DNA of 54,370 nucleotides. Source: Planctomycetota bacterium (GTDB lineage Bacteria; Planctomycetota; Brocadiia; Brocadiales; Bathyanammoxibiaceae). Below, one piece after another: positions 40,082-50,417 of the stretch (positions are counted from its first letter, which is position 1; each line of letters starts with the position of its first letter). Both the position numbers and the translations under genes were made by a program. The notes under the pieces were generated by a model. It saw only the letters and a list, made by a program, of their open reading frames with translations, was not told where the DNA came from and searched no databases. The DNA is taken from assembly GCA_023261505.1 (NCBI GenBank), contig JAHFOV010000005.1, forward strand, positions 6,322-60,691, read 5' to 3'.

Positions 40082-41431
40082 ATGTTTTCTAGAATATTAG
40101 TTGCCAACAGGGGGGAAATAGCACTAAGAATTATCAGGGCTTGTCGTGAGCTCGGCATCGAGACCGTTGCAGTCTTCTCCAAAGCGGATGAAAATGCCAG
40201 ATACCTCAGACATGCCGATGACAGGGTATGCATAGGCCCTCCTCCATCTGAGCAAAGCTACCTCAATATCCCCAGCATTATCAGCGCAGCAGAAATTACA
40301 GATGTGGAGGCCATCCACCCAGGTTACGGATTCCTCTCTGAGTCCAGTCATTTTGCAGAAATCTGTGAATCCTCCAACATCACCTTTATTGGACCCTCCT
40401 CTAAAGCCATGCAGCTTATGGGCAACAAGTCTCAGGCCAGAAAGGTCGCCATAGAAAACAAAATACCCGTCATACCAGGCAGCGCCTCCACCATTGCCAA
40501 CCAGCAAGAGGCCCTGGATATTGCCCATAAGATAGGCTACCCTGTACTGATAAAGGCCGCCGCAGGCGGAGGTGGAAGGGGCATGAGGATAGCCCATAAT
40601 GATGCCAGCCTGGTGAATGCCTTGGCCGTGGCCCAGAGAGAGGCCGAGGCTGCCTTTAAAGATTCCTCTATTTACATTGAAAAATATATAGAACGTGCCC
40701 GTCATGTAGAGGTCCAGATACTGGCGGACCAATACGGTAATATGATGCACCTTGGGGAGAGAGACTGCAGTCTACAGCGCCGCCACCAGAAACTTCTGGA
40801 GGAAACTCCCTCGCCAGGTATAACGCCGCAACTAAGAGGGGAACTTTATAAGGCCGCCCTTAAGATAGCCAAGGCCGTGAACTATACTAACGTCGGGACC
40901 GTAGAGTTCCTGGTGGACGAGAATGGCAAGTTCTATTTTATTGAAATGAACACCCGCCTTCAGGTAGAACACCCAATTACGGAAATGGTCACGGGCATAG
41001 ACCTTGTAAAAGAGCAGATAAAGATTGCTGCTGGTGAACCATTAAAGTATCGTCAAAAACACGTAAGGTTTGATGGTGTTGCAATAGAGTGTCGCATATA
41101 TGCCGAGGACCCTGATAACGGGTTCAGACCTCATCCGGGAAGGATTTCCACGTATCATGTCCCTGGAGGGAAAGGCGTAAGGGTAGACTCCCACGTCCAC
41201 CAGGGGTATGAGATACCACCTTTTTATGACTCTCTTATCAGCAAGCTCATAGTGCACCAGGCCACACGTCAGGAGAGTATCGCCTGTCTCAAGAGGGCAC
41301 TAGAAGAGTACGTTATAGAGGGCGTAAAGACCACCTTACCTCTTCACATGAAACTCCTCAACCACACTAACTTCCTCAACGGAAATTTTACCACCACCTT
41401 TGTTGAAGGGCTGATGGAACGCGAGCAGTAG
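40082..41431 (+). CDS. accC: Biotin carboxylase
   Basis: [45 protein letters not shown]. Confidence 0.97.
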   Translation: MFSRILVANRGEIALRIIRACRELGIETVAVFSKADENARYLRHADDRVCIGPPPSEQSYLNIPSIISAAEITDVEAIHPGYGFLSESSHFAEICESSNITFIGPSSKAMQLMGNKSQARKVAIENKIPVIPGSASTIANQQEALDIAHKIGYPVLIKAAAGGGGRGMRIAHNDASLVNALAVAQREAEAAFKDSSIYIEKYIERARHVEVQILADQYGNMMHLGERDCSLQRRHQKLLEETPSPGITPQLRGELYKAALKIAKAVNYTNVGTVEFLVDENGKFYFIEMNTRLQVEHPITEMVTGIDLVKEQIKIAAGEPLKYRQKHVRFDGVAIECRIYAEDPDNGFRPHPGRISTYHVPGGKGVRVDSHVHQGYEIPPFYDSLISKLIVHQATRQESIACLKRALEEYVIEGVKTTLPLHMKLLNHTNFLNGNFTTTFVEGLMEREQ

Positions 41432-41455
41432 GGCAGCACTTCTCTAAAAGAGCTT

Positions 41456-41484
41456 GTAGGGGCAGGTTTCAAACCTGCCCCTAC
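41456..41484. repeat. Family A REP between convergent accC and rh50, possible terminator
   Basis: GTAGGGGCAGGTTTCAAACCTGCCCCTAC followed by TTTT. Confidence 0.85.
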
Positions 41485-41535
41485 TTTTAAACCCTTAAAC
41501 CTAATCTTGACCCCCTGGCCTCTATCTCTTTTGCA

Positions 41536-42711
41536 CTAGGCAAGGATTTCTTCCTCATCCGTGTATGGCACGCGCCGCCTGCCAAAGTAGGCTAGCACCT
41601 GCCCGGTAACGTAGCCTGTCACGAGTGCCAGCACGATTGCTATTATTATGCCTTTGAACTGATTATTGGCAGTTATTCCCGGCACCAAGAAAGCAGCAAT
41701 TATCCCACCCATAAGTCCTGGCCATCCGTGCAGGTTCGTTACTCCACAGGTATCTATTCCCTTTACCCAGTTCTGGAGGGCGGGCTGGATGGATACAAAA
41801 CCGATAGTGCTAAGAGTGCCTGCCAGTATCCCGATAATAAAGGCTGCAGGATGGCCAGCCGTGTCACAGGTGGCTCCTACACCAACGCCCCCTGCCAGCG
41901 CAGCATTGGCAATATCCCCAATGGCAATCTTTCCCCTGAGATTTGCCGAAACGATGTAGGTAGCTATAGTGGCCCCACAGAGTGCCAGGAACACGTTAAC
42001 TGCTGTAAAAGGTACCAGTTTCGGTTCGACCAGCCCCGCACAAAAACTGGGCCAGAAAAGCCACAAGACCATACTACCAAGCATGGAGAACTGGTCGCTG
42101 GTATGGTCTGCTTCTATAGGTGCAGTAAATTCCTCTTTGGTAGTCATAGTCATTACAACCGCTAACCCAAAGAGGGCACCAAAGGCATGTATTAATATAG
42201 AACCTCCTGTATCCACAAAGCCCCCTTTAGGGATAAGGCCTAACCCCGATTCCAACAGTATCCATTCATTTATCATATAACATGGAGTAAAGAGCAGTCC
42301 CAGGAGGAGGTACTGGGACATTTTCAGCCTCCCTAAAGGCGCCCCTGCACAGATAAGCAGGCTCGCCCCGGCAAATTCCGCCAGCAGGAGAGTGTCTACC
42401 TCACTCTTCGGTTCACCAATAAGCCCCTTGCTGCTTATGAATATGTATACAGGTACAGCAATGCTTACTAAAAGATAAGTAGCCGTTACGGCGCTACGTC
42501 CGTATTTCTTCACAAAAACCATAAGAAAACCGAATCCTACCAGTAACATGGCCATTACATGGATGGAGCGGTTATATTTTTGGACATCAACTATATGTTC
42601 TATGGCAGCTTCCGCTCCCTTCTTTTCTGTGGCCCACACGTTGGAAGTAGCCCACACTATCATCCCTGCCAGGAACAATGTTACTACTAATAAGAATGTA
42701 CCCTTACGCAT
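41536..42711 (-). CDS. Rhesus-type (Rh50) ammonium/gas channel, Amt/Mep/Rh family
   Basis: AMLLVGFGFLMVFV..YG, SILIHAFG, SD.FSMLGSMVLWLFWPSF, NAALAGGV, IDTCGV.NLHG: Rh-type rather than AmtB-type motifs. Confidence 0.88.
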   Translation of the reverse strand: MRKGTFLLVVTLFLAGMIVWATSNVWATEKKGAEAAIEHIVDVQKYNRSIHVMAMLLVGFGFLMVFVKKYGRSAVTATYLLVSIAVPVYIFISSKGLIGEPKSEVDTLLLAEFAGASLLICAGAPLGRLKMSQYLLLGLLFTPCYMINEWILLESGLGLIPKGGFVDTGGSILIHAFGALFGLAVVMTMTTKEEFTAPIEADHTSDQFSMLGSMVLWLFWPSFCAGLVEPKLVPFTAVNVFLALCGATIATYIVSANLRGKIAIGDIANAALAGGVGVGATCDTAGHPAAFIIGILAGTLSTIGFVSIQPALQNWVKGIDTCGVTNLHGWPGLMGGIIAAFLVPGITANNQFKGIIIAIVLALVTGYVTGQVLAYFGRRRVPYTDEEEILA

Positions 42712-43054
42712 CTTGACCTCCTCTGGATTAAACGCTTAATAAGAAGAAAAGAGCTATGGATAACACTTTATCACCAAAAGGCCTTCTGCTATGTAAAGGC
42801 CTCGTACCTCCCAGGCGGTTTACAGTTATAATCTTTAACAAGCTAACTAGCACACAGGCAGTTTAGGGCAAAATGGTACTCCTTTTGAAAAAAATATCAA
42901 GGGAAAATCTTTAATCTTGACATTGAGATTGCAGAGTATTATAGATGAGGCTCACGATAGTTTGTGTGTTAACTGGAATGCATCCGTCTACAGTGTAACG
43001 GAGGGTTTCATTGGAGACAACATTACTATATCTTAAAGCGGAGGAGGGAAAGCC

Positions 43055-43933
43055 ATGGCCGAGATGATTGAGAAGTTAGGAATGGGGTGGTTGCCAGACT
43101 ACCCTGATTTCAGAGATTATACGGCAGAGCACGAAAAGATTAAACCTATGCTCAAGAAAGCAGGAGTAGCAGACCCGGGGAGATTAAGACTTCCAGCTTC
43201 TGCAGATTTAAGGGCATGGTGCTCTCCAATAGAGAATCAATTGTCGCTCGGTTCATGCACGGCAAATGCCGGCGTTGGGGTAGTGGAATATTTTGAGAGG
43301 AGGGCGTTTGGAAACCATATTGATGCCTCCAGGCTCTTCCTTTATAAGGTAACGCGAAACTTGATGCGTGCGACAGGAGACACCGGGGCATTTCTTCGGA
43401 CCACCATGGGCGCCCTTGTGCTCTTTGGTGTGCCTCCAGAGGAATACTGGCCCTATGATGTTGCAAGCTTTGATAATGAGCCGTCTCCCTTCTGCTATGC
43501 CTTTGCCCAAAACTATCAGGCAATCCAGTACGTTAGACTAGACCCTCCCGGAACTACTACAGACGTACTTTTAAATCGAATCAAGGCAAATCTGGGAGCG
43601 GGCTTACCTTCAATGTTTGGGTTTACAGTCTATAGTTCCATCTCACAGGCGTCAACCACTGGCAAGATACCTTACCCAACCCCTGGTGAGAGGATTCTCG
43701 GCGGTCATGCCATTGTTGCAGTTGGCTACGATGACACTATGAAGATTAAGAACACCAATCCTGGAGCCGTAGAAACCACAGGGGCATTACTCATCAGAAA
43801 CTCCTGGGGTGAAGACTGGGGTGACAATGGTTATGGTTGGCTGCCCTATGAATATGTTTTGAGGGAACTTGCCGATGATTGGTGGACGCTACTAAAGGGC
43901 GAATGGATTGATACGGGGGTGTTCAAGGTTTAA
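43055..43933 (+). CDS. Papain-family (C1A) cysteine protease
   Basis: NQLSLGSCTAN, GGHAIVAVGYDD, IRNSWG..WG..GY; GGAGG RBS. Confidence 0.93.
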   Translation: MAEMIEKLGMGWLPDYPDFRDYTAEHEKIKPMLKKAGVADPGRLRLPASADLRAWCSPIENQLSLGSCTANAGVGVVEYFERRAFGNHIDASRLFLYKVTRNLMRATGDTGAFLRTTMGALVLFGVPPEEYWPYDVASFDNEPSPFCYAFAQNYQAIQYVRLDPPGTTTDVLLNRIKANLGAGLPSMFGFTVYSSISQASTTGKIPYPTPGERILGGHAIVAVGYDDTMKIKNTNPGAVETTGALLIRNSWGEDWGDNGYGWLPYEYVLRELADDWWTLLKGEWIDTGVFKV

Positions 43934-44046
43934 ACAGCTTTGAATAAGGAAAGACCTTAGAAAATTTCCGCCAGCTAAACCATTCCACATTTTAAAACCT
44001 TGTAGGGTGCGTCAAGACGCACCTTACACCTACTACTTTCTGAATG

Positions 44047-44214
44047 GTCATTGCGAGCGGAGCGAAGCAATCTCATTATTAAAAGATAATACGTGGTTGT
44101 TCGCCAAGGCGAATCTGTTCGCCACAAAAATTGGCGAATCCGAATTAAGCGAATCCGCCTATCTTTTTGGCGGACCTCTGGCATGACTTCGGGGCTAACA
44201 CCCCTCGCAATGAC
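44047..44214. repeat. GTCATTGCGAG-type REP carrying a nested 87-bp composite insert (44100-44186)
   Basis: GTCATTGCGAG...CTCGCAATGAC ends; the insert is the near-exact reverse complement of 48252-48338. Confidence 0.88.
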
Positions 44215-44221
44215 AGAGTTC

Positions 44222-45763
44222 CTAACCTTCCCTTGGTGTAACAGTGGACTTAAAAAGACCCAGGTGAGGCTCCTTATAGGAATAGAGCCCATGGACACCA
44301 CCTTCCACCTGGGCGGAGGGGCTTCTGGTCTCAAATCGTAGGGTTCCATTGTAGAGGGCCTCATGGAGGTCCTGAATGGTCCTGCAGCCCAGATCCTGGA
44401 GGGCATGTTTTAGGCTCTGCATGAAGTATTCCATAAGGTCTACCACAGACCCCCTATCCATCACAGCACCAGAGACCCCCTGGGCCACTTTGATTTTATC
44501 TCCTTCCGAGAAATACCTCTTAGCCCCCCCTTCCTTCAGGGCCTCCATAGAGGCCATCCCTCTGTATTTTTTAAGTCTTACCCCACCCTCATAGAAGTAC
44601 TCCCCAGGGGCTTCGGCAGTTCCTGCAAGCAATGCCCCAAGCATTACGTTGCTAGCCCCTAAGGCCAGGGCCTTGGTGATATGGCCCAGATTGGAAACAC
44701 CCCCATCTGCTATCACAGGGATGTTACCGTAATTCCTTGCAAATTTGGCACAGTGGTAAACAGCAGAACCCTGCGGCCTGCCCACTGCAAGGGTCTCCTG
44801 AGTAATACATATACTCCCACTACCCATTCCTATCCTTAGGGCATCTACCCCTGCGTCAATCAGGTTCTGGCACTGTTGGGTCGTTACTACATTGCCGCCT
44901 ATGACTTCTATATGGGGGTACTTCTTTTTGATGTACTTAATCATGTTTATCTGGAAGACGCTGTCTCCCTGAGAAGAGTCTATAACTATCACATCCACTC
45001 CTGCCTTCACCAGCTCTTCCAGTCTCTCTCTATCCTCCTCTTTCGTAGATAGGGCTGCCCCTACAAGTAGCTGTTTTGTGGCATTCTTCGAGGAGTAAGG
45101 GAAGTCTTCATTCTTTAGAAGGTCTGTCCGACTCATAAGGGAGACGAGCCGCCCCTCTTTATCTACTATGGGGAGTTTGCCCTTTTTACACTCCTTGAGG
45201 ATTCGGTTGCCATCCTGAAGGGTTATTCCTAGCGGAGCCATGACCACTTCTTTGGTCATGACCTCCTTTACTTTGCGCTGGCGATTAGTCTCAAAACATA
45301 TATCCCTGTTGGTAACTATTCCTATGAGCTTAGAACCAAGCTTGCCATCCTCAGTGATGGGTATGCCAGAAAAGCCGTACGTTTTTTTAATCCTATCTAT
45401 ATCGGCAATAGTATTTTCTGGACTCAGGACTACAGGGTCGGTGATAAAGCCGTTTTCAAACCTTTTTACCAGCCTAACGTGTCTGGTTTGCTCCTCTATT
45501 GTATTGTTGTAATGAATGATACCTATACCCCCGCAAAGGGCCATGTAAATAGCCATCTTGGACTCGGTAACAGTGTCCATCGGGGAACTTACCGTGGGCC
45601 TCTTGAGTTTTAGGCTTCTGGTGAGGCGGGTTTCTAAATCTACCTCGTCCACACCAAAATTAATGTGACCTGGTAAGAGGATAAAATCATGGTAAGTAAG
45701 ACCTCCCTTGCTATCAAAGAAGGCCTCTGCGCTTAATCCGTTTCCACCGTTTTCGAATAACAT
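44222..45763 (-). CDS. guaB: IMP dehydrogenase (eukaryote-type signatures)
   Basis: [12 protein letters not shown] pair, [12 protein letters not shown] catalytic loop, IADGG, YRGM. Confidence 0.95.
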   Translation of the reverse strand: MLFENGGNGLSAEAFFDSKGGLTYHDFILLPGHINFGVDEVDLETRLTRSLKLKRPTVSSPMDTVTESKMAIYMALCGGIGIIHYNNTIEEQTRHVRLVKRFENGFITDPVVLSPENTIADIDRIKKTYGFSGIPITEDGKLGSKLIGIVTNRDICFETNRQRKVKEVMTKEVVMAPLGITLQDGNRILKECKKGKLPIVDKEGRLVSLMSRTDLLKNEDFPYSSKNATKQLLVGAALSTKEEDRERLEELVKAGVDVIVIDSSQGDSVFQINMIKYIKKKYPHIEVIGGNVVTTQQCQNLIDAGVDALRIGMGSGSICITQETLAVGRPQGSAVYHCAKFARNYGNIPVIADGGVSNLGHITKALALGASNVMLGALLAGTAEAPGEYFYEGGVRLKKYRGMASMEALKEGGAKRYFSEGDKIKVAQGVSGAVMDRGSVVDLMEYFMQSLKHALQDLGCRTIQDLHEALYNGTLRFETRSPSAQVEGGVHGLYSYKEPHLGLFKSTVTPREG

Positions 45764-45803
45764 ATTTTTACACTCCTTGAAATTTATCTTTTATAAAGTA
45801 ATT

Positions 45804-48089
45804 CTATAACATACTGTAAGGGTCTACGTCTACAATAATCCTCATGCCACCTCTATTGCTTTTAGGCACTCCCTGTAAAATGCCTAAGGCTGACTGTAAC
45901 GCCTCCTTCTGTGGGGACCTTAGGCTCAACTGCCAGCGGAATTGGTTCTTGATTTTAGGGATAGGCGCCGGTGCTGGGCCCACCACCTCCACTTTCTGGG
46001 TATTGGCTTTCTCCCTCAACATATTTGCCAGCTTTTGGGCCTTATCCAGTACCCCTTCTGCTTTACGCCCCACAAGGACTATTCTGGCCATATAACCAAA
46101 GGGAGGATAGCCTAGCTCCCTGCGGTACTCCAGTTCTCTATCGGCGAAACCTTCATAGTCGTGGGCAGCCGCCTTTACGATAGCATATTGTTTAGGGCTA
46201 AAAGTCTGAATGACCACCTTACCCCCCTTTGGACCTCTACCTGTCCTACCTGCCACCTGTGCCAGGAGTTGGAAAGTCCTCTCACAGGCCCTGAAGTCTG
46301 GCATGTTCAATATGGTATCGGCCGAGATGACTCCCACCAGGGTGACATTGGGAAAGTCTAACCCCTTGGCAATCATCTGGGTCCCTACAAGGATCTGTAC
46401 CTCTCCCTTTTCAAAGGCCTTGAGTGCCTTTTCATGAACACCCCTCCCCTTCATAGTATCGCTATCCATCCTCAGCGCCTTATACCCGGGAAAGTAGTGT
46501 GCCAGCTCTTCCTCAATCCTCTCCGTGCCTAGCCCAAAATAATTCATCTTTGCCCCTGCACACTCCGGACAGCCTTCCGGAGGCTCCGCTTCAAAGGAGC
46601 AGTAATGGCATAAGGCACTGTGCCTTTTTTTGTGATAAGTCAGGGGTATGTCACACCTTTTGCACCTAAGAACGTAACCACACCTCATACAACTCACGAA
46701 GGGAGAAAAACCCCTGCGATTAAGGAAAAGGAGTGCCTGCTCTCCCCTTGCGAGGCAGTCTTTCATGTAAAGTTCTAGTTTTCTGGATACGAGCGTGGTG
46801 CGTCTGCCTTTGTGGAATTCTTCCCTCAAGTCCACTATTTCTACTTTGGGCATGGGGCGGTGTCCAATCCTCTGGCTGAGTATTGCCCTTTGGTACCTTC
46901 CCATCAAGGCATTAAAATAGGTTTCTAAAGAAGGCGTAGCAGAACCGAGAATAACTGTTGCCCCTTCCTCTCTTGCCCTCATAAGGGCTACTTCTCTGGC
47001 ATGATAACGTGGAGAGGTATCCTGTTTGTAAGTTACTTCATGTTCTTCATCTACCACTATCAGGCCCAGGTTCTCTACAGGGGCGAAGACGGCGGAGCGG
47101 GCTCCTATCACTACCCTGGCCTTCCCTTCTCTTATAGCCTGCCACTGCCTGTAACGCTCGGCCCCAGTAAGATTGCTGTGAAGGACGGCGACGTTATCAA
47201 AACGAGCGCTGAAGCGCTCCACGGCCTGCGGGGTAAGGGATATCTCTGGCACCAGGACTATCGCCCCACGCCCCATAGCCAGCACTTCTTCTATGGCCCT
47301 TAGATATACCTCGGTCTTCCCACTCCCTGTCACCCCCTGGAGGAGCACTACTGAAGGGGCAGGTTTCACACCTGCCCCTACAGAAAGTTTCCTTATAAGG
47401 CTTAGGGCCTGCTCTTGCTCGGGGGTAAGTTCAGGTCCGCATGAGGCGGGTGACAATTTCTCGTCGGCAAATATTCCACTAGGGGCAGGTGTGAAACCTG
47501 CCCCTACATTGGGCTGGTCATATATCTCCACGAACCCCTTCCTGACGAGCTCCTTTAACCCACCCAGTTTACAACCGCTCTGTTGGGAAAGTTCTCTAAG
47601 GGGGATGCCATTGTTAGACTTTAAGAGTACTTCCAGGGCACTGGCCTGCCTGGGGGCCTTTTTTTTGAACTCTTCTAGCGTCTTAAGGACGGTATCTTTG
47701 TCTTTTATGAGTCTAAGGGCTTTGAAGGTCTGTCGGGAGTGGCCCTGCCACTTTAGCCCCTTCTTTACAGCAAAAGGAAGGGCCGCCTCCACAGCCTCTC
47801 CCCAGGTACATTGATAGTACTGGGCTATCTCCCGGGTAATGCGCAGCATCTTCTCCCCGAGGAGTGGCTGGCGGTCCAGTACCTCTTTTATTTCCTTTAG
47901 TTCCATGGCTGCGGGTGAATCGGGGAAACCCACACAGTAGCCATCCACCAGCCTGTGCCCTAAGGGCACTTTTACCCGGCTTCCAATCCTTAGGACGGGC
48001 ATAAGGGTGTCGGGGACCTTATAATATAAGGTCTTGTAAAGAGGGGCGTTAACTACCACCTCGACAAAATTAGGATACACCTCCGCCAC
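45804..48089 (-). CDS. priA: Primosomal protein N'
   Basis: GVTGSGKTEVY, LVPEISLTPQ, DEEHE, Cys-rich region, GTQMIAKGLDFP, QVAGRTGR; start uncertain. Confidence 0.96.
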   Translation of the reverse strand: MAEVYPNFVEVVVNAPLYKTLYYKVPDTLMPVLRIGSRVKVPLGHRLVDGYCVGFPDSPAAMELKEIKEVLDRQPLLGEKMLRITREIAQYYQCTWGEAVEAALPFAVKKGLKWQGHSRQTFKALRLIKDKDTVLKTLEEFKKKAPRQASALEVLLKSNNGIPLRELSQQSGCKLGGLKELVRKGFVEIYDQPNVGAGFTPAPSGIFADEKLSPASCGPELTPEQEQALSLIRKLSVGAGVKPAPSVVLLQGVTGSGKTEVYLRAIEEVLAMGRGAIVLVPEISLTPQAVERFSARFDNVAVLHSNLTGAERYRQWQAIREGKARVVIGARSAVFAPVENLGLIVVDEEHEVTYKQDTSPRYHAREVALMRAREEGATVILGSATPSLETYFNALMGRYQRAILSQRIGHRPMPKVEIVDLREEFHKGRRTTLVSRKLELYMKDCLARGEQALLFLNRRGFSPFVSCMRCGYVLRCKRCDIPLTYHKKRHSALCHYCSFEAEPPEGCPECAGAKMNYFGLGTERIEEELAHYFPGYKALRMDSDTMKGRGVHEKALKAFEKGEVQILVGTQMIAKGLDFPNVTLVGVISADTILNMPDFRACERTFQLLAQVAGRTGRGPKGGKVVIQTFSPKQYAIVKAAAHDYEGFADRELEYRRELGYPPFGYMARIVLVGRKAEGVLDKAQKLANMLREKANTQKVEVVGPAPAPIPKIKNQFRWQLSLRSPQKEALQSALGILQGVPKSNRGGMRIIVDVDPYSML

Positions 48090-48146
48090 AATTATTGGCG
48101 AATCCGCCTATCTTTCGGCAAGCTCAAGACAAGCCTTTTTGGCGGA
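48082..48146. repeat. Partial composite module stack with a further 23-bp insert
   Basis: TCCGCCACAATTATTGGCGAA + TCCGCCTAT[CTTTCGGCAAGCTCAAGACAAGC]CTTTTTGGCGGA. Confidence 0.75.
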
Positions 48147-48240
48147 TTTCTGCCTCCCAGGTCTTTTTAAAAAGCTTAACATACCTGAGGGGTTATGTCA
48201 ATTGGAGAAAGATTCCAGAGGTTATACTAAACCCCTTCGT

Positions 48241-48350
48241 GTAGCCGCAGGTCGTGCCAGAGGTCCGCCAAAAAGATAGGCGGATTCGCTTAATTCGGAT
48301 TCGCCAATTTTTGTGGCGAACAGATTCGCCTTGGCGAACTTTGGCCTGCG
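48241..48350. repeat. Family B REP carrying a nested 87-bp composite insert (48252-48338)
   Basis: GTAGCCGCAGG[...]CTTTGGCCTGCG. Confidence 0.88.
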
Positions 48351-48424
48351 TTGTAAATCGAAATGAAAAGGCTAGACACATTGGAAGGAGACGGGTAAAC
48401 TGTCAAGCCATATCGGACGTATAC

Positions 48425-48510
48425 GCAGGGACAGACAGTTCGGCTGAGCTCACTGTCGAAGCCTTTAGGTCTGTCCACTTCTTTGGACAGGGCTGAAGCC
48501 CTGTCCCTAC
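48425..48510. repeat. REP doublet with a nested 26-bp TTCGGCTGAGCTCA element
   Basis: GCAGGGACAGAC[AGTTCGGCTGAGCTCACTGTCGAAGC]CTTTAGGTCTGTCC...GGACAGGGCTGAAGCCCTGTCCCTAC. Confidence 0.72.
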
Positions 48511-48514
48511 ATTT

Positions 48515-49507
48515 TTGTCTGGAGGCAGTGTGAAGAGGACAAGGAGCGCCAGGATAAAGGAAGTAGTGCTTGACTACGTAATAGTTATTGCCCTTGTAGT
48601 AATGTCAATATACTATGCCATAGATGCCCGTGGCTTTGCAACGCTGGCGAATTTCACAAATATCCTCAATCAGAATTCCGTTTATATTATCCTGGCAGTG
48701 GGGATGACGCTGGTTATCCTCACAGGCGGGATAGACCTCTCCGTTGGTTCCATACTGGCCTTGAGCGCAGTGGTCTGTGCAGATGTGGCCAAGCGTATGG
48801 AGGTAGTTGTCGGGAGTGGCCCTGCCGCCTGGGGTATTATTCCCATCGCCTGGCTGGTGGCCCTGGCGATAGGCTCAGCCCTGGGGGCCTTTAATGGCGT
48901 CATGATTATTACCTTTAGGATTCCACCCTTTATAGCCACACTGGCCATGATGACAATGGCCCGAGGGGCTGCAAATATTTATTGCGATGCAAGGCCCATA
49001 GGTAATCTCCCGGATGAGTTTAAGCTTATTGGCACCGGATCCCTGGGCACCATACCTATACCCGTCTTTATCATGGCCATCCTTTCTGCCACTATTTTTG
49101 TAATTGCCCGTTATACAGTTTTTGGGCGTTACGTTTATGCTGTGGGAGGCAATGAGGAAGCTGCCAGGTTATCAGGGATAAATGTCAAAGAGGTGAAGTT
49201 CTGGGTTTATGTGGTGAGTGGGATGTTCTCGGGTATATGCGGGATAATCCTGGCCAGTCGTCTGGGGTCAGGGGACCCGAAACTGGGTTTCATGTATGAA
49301 CTAATTGCTATTGCTGCCGTGGTGTTGGGAGGTACAAGCCTCATGGGAGGGAGGGGATCCGTGATAGGTACTGTCTTTGGAGCCCTTTTTATCGGCGTGC
49401 TAGAAAATGGACTACTACTCAAAGGCGTTCCCACCTTTTATCAATGGGTGGTAAAGGGGCTAGTGATATTAGTGGCGGTGATAGTAGACCAGTTGAAGAA
49501 GCGTTAA
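48515..49507 (+). CDS. Sugar ABC transporter permease (RbsC-like)
   Basis: GMTLVILTGGIDLSVGS, IPPFIATL, AVGGNEEAARLSGI, YELIAIAAVVLGGTSL.GG.G. Confidence 0.9.
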   Translation: MSGGSVKRTRSARIKEVVLDYVIVIALVVMSIYYAIDARGFATLANFTNILNQNSVYIILAVGMTLVILTGGIDLSVGSILALSAVVCADVAKRMEVVVGSGPAAWGIIPIAWLVALAIGSALGAFNGVMIITFRIPPFIATLAMMTMARGAANIYCDARPIGNLPDEFKLIGTGSLGTIPIPVFIMAILSATIFVIARYTVFGRYVYAVGGNEEAARLSGINVKEVKFWVYVVSGMFSGICGIILASRLGSGDPKLGFMYELIAIAAVVLGGTSLMGGRGSVIGTVFGALFIGVLENGLLLKGVPTFYQWVVKGLVILVAVIVDQLKKR

Positions 49508-49613
49508 ATAAAATCTAATTTCAAATTACAGATTACAAATTTAAGATATTAAAGAAGAGATGACATGAACAAAAAGGAAAATATTGTTTATTTTTTGACC
49601 AGGGGCGCCGCTT

Positions 49614-50402
49614 ATGTCAGTAAAGGTTGAGGTGGGAAAAGCTGTAGATACTGGCCTGGTTCGCAGGCAGAATGAAGATAGTATCTTGACTACGGAGTTA
49701 ACGCTTAGCGCCGGGGATGGTACATCCTTTGGTCTTTACGCTGTGGCAGATGGAATGGGTGGTCTTGAGGCAGGTGAGGTTGCAAGTGACCTTGCACTCA
49801 GGGTTCTGGCTGATAGTGTAACCAGGGGTCTCCTCCTGCCCCAGGCGCAAGGAGAACTATCCGTTTTAGATGAGGCATTTCTGTCGAGAACGCTCTTATA
49901 TGCGCTAAAGGTAGCCAATGGCTGGGTTCATTCACAAAGTCAAGCTAAAGGCATTGTCATGGGTACAACCCTGGCAGGGGCGTTAATAATGAACGATATG
50001 GCTTATATCTTCAATGTAGGAGACAGCCGGGTTTATCTCTTGGAAGGTAAGCATCTTCGGCAGGTAACTAAAGACCATTCCCTCGTGGCCGAACTGGTGG
50101 CTGCTGGAAAGATTACCCCTGAAGACATTTACACCCATCCGCAACGGAACATTATCACCCGCTGTCTGGGGACACATGATAGCGTTGAGGTTGACCTCTT
50201 TGTAGAAAGGCTAAAATCAGGCATGTCTCTCCTTATCTGTTCCGATGGACTATGGGAGATGGTGCGAGACGATGAGATGAAGAATACCCTGTTAAAGGCA
50301 GATAAACCCCAGGCCGCTTGTGACCAATTGGTGAGAAAGGCTAACGAGAATGGTGGCGTTGACAACATCTCAGTTATTATTGTGAGAATGAGAGAAAGTT
50401 AA
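49614..50402 (+). CDS. PP2C-family Ser/Thr phosphatase (Stp1-like)
   Basis: R..NED, VADGMGG, MGTT, NVGDSR, CSDGL, GGVDNI. Confidence 0.93.
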   Translation: MSVKVEVGKAVDTGLVRRQNEDSILTTELTLSAGDGTSFGLYAVADGMGGLEAGEVASDLALRVLADSVTRGLLLPQAQGELSVLDEAFLSRTLLYALKVANGWVHSQSQAKGIVMGTTLAGALIMNDMAYIFNVGDSRVYLLEGKHLRQVTKDHSLVAELVAAGKITPEDIYTHPQRNIITRCLGTHDSVEVDLFVERLKSGMSLLICSDGLWEMVRDDEMKNTLLKADKPQAACDQLVRKANENGGVDNISVIIVRMRES

Positions 50403-50417
50403 GCCTGATTTTTCAGC

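Noticed and set aside
43975-48496. Short ORFs sharing the peptide VRQKDRRIRLIRIRQFLWRTDSPWRT or its reverse (43975, 44093, 48193, 48254)
   Set aside because: They are translations of the nested composite repeat, not a protein family; no RBS or domain support.
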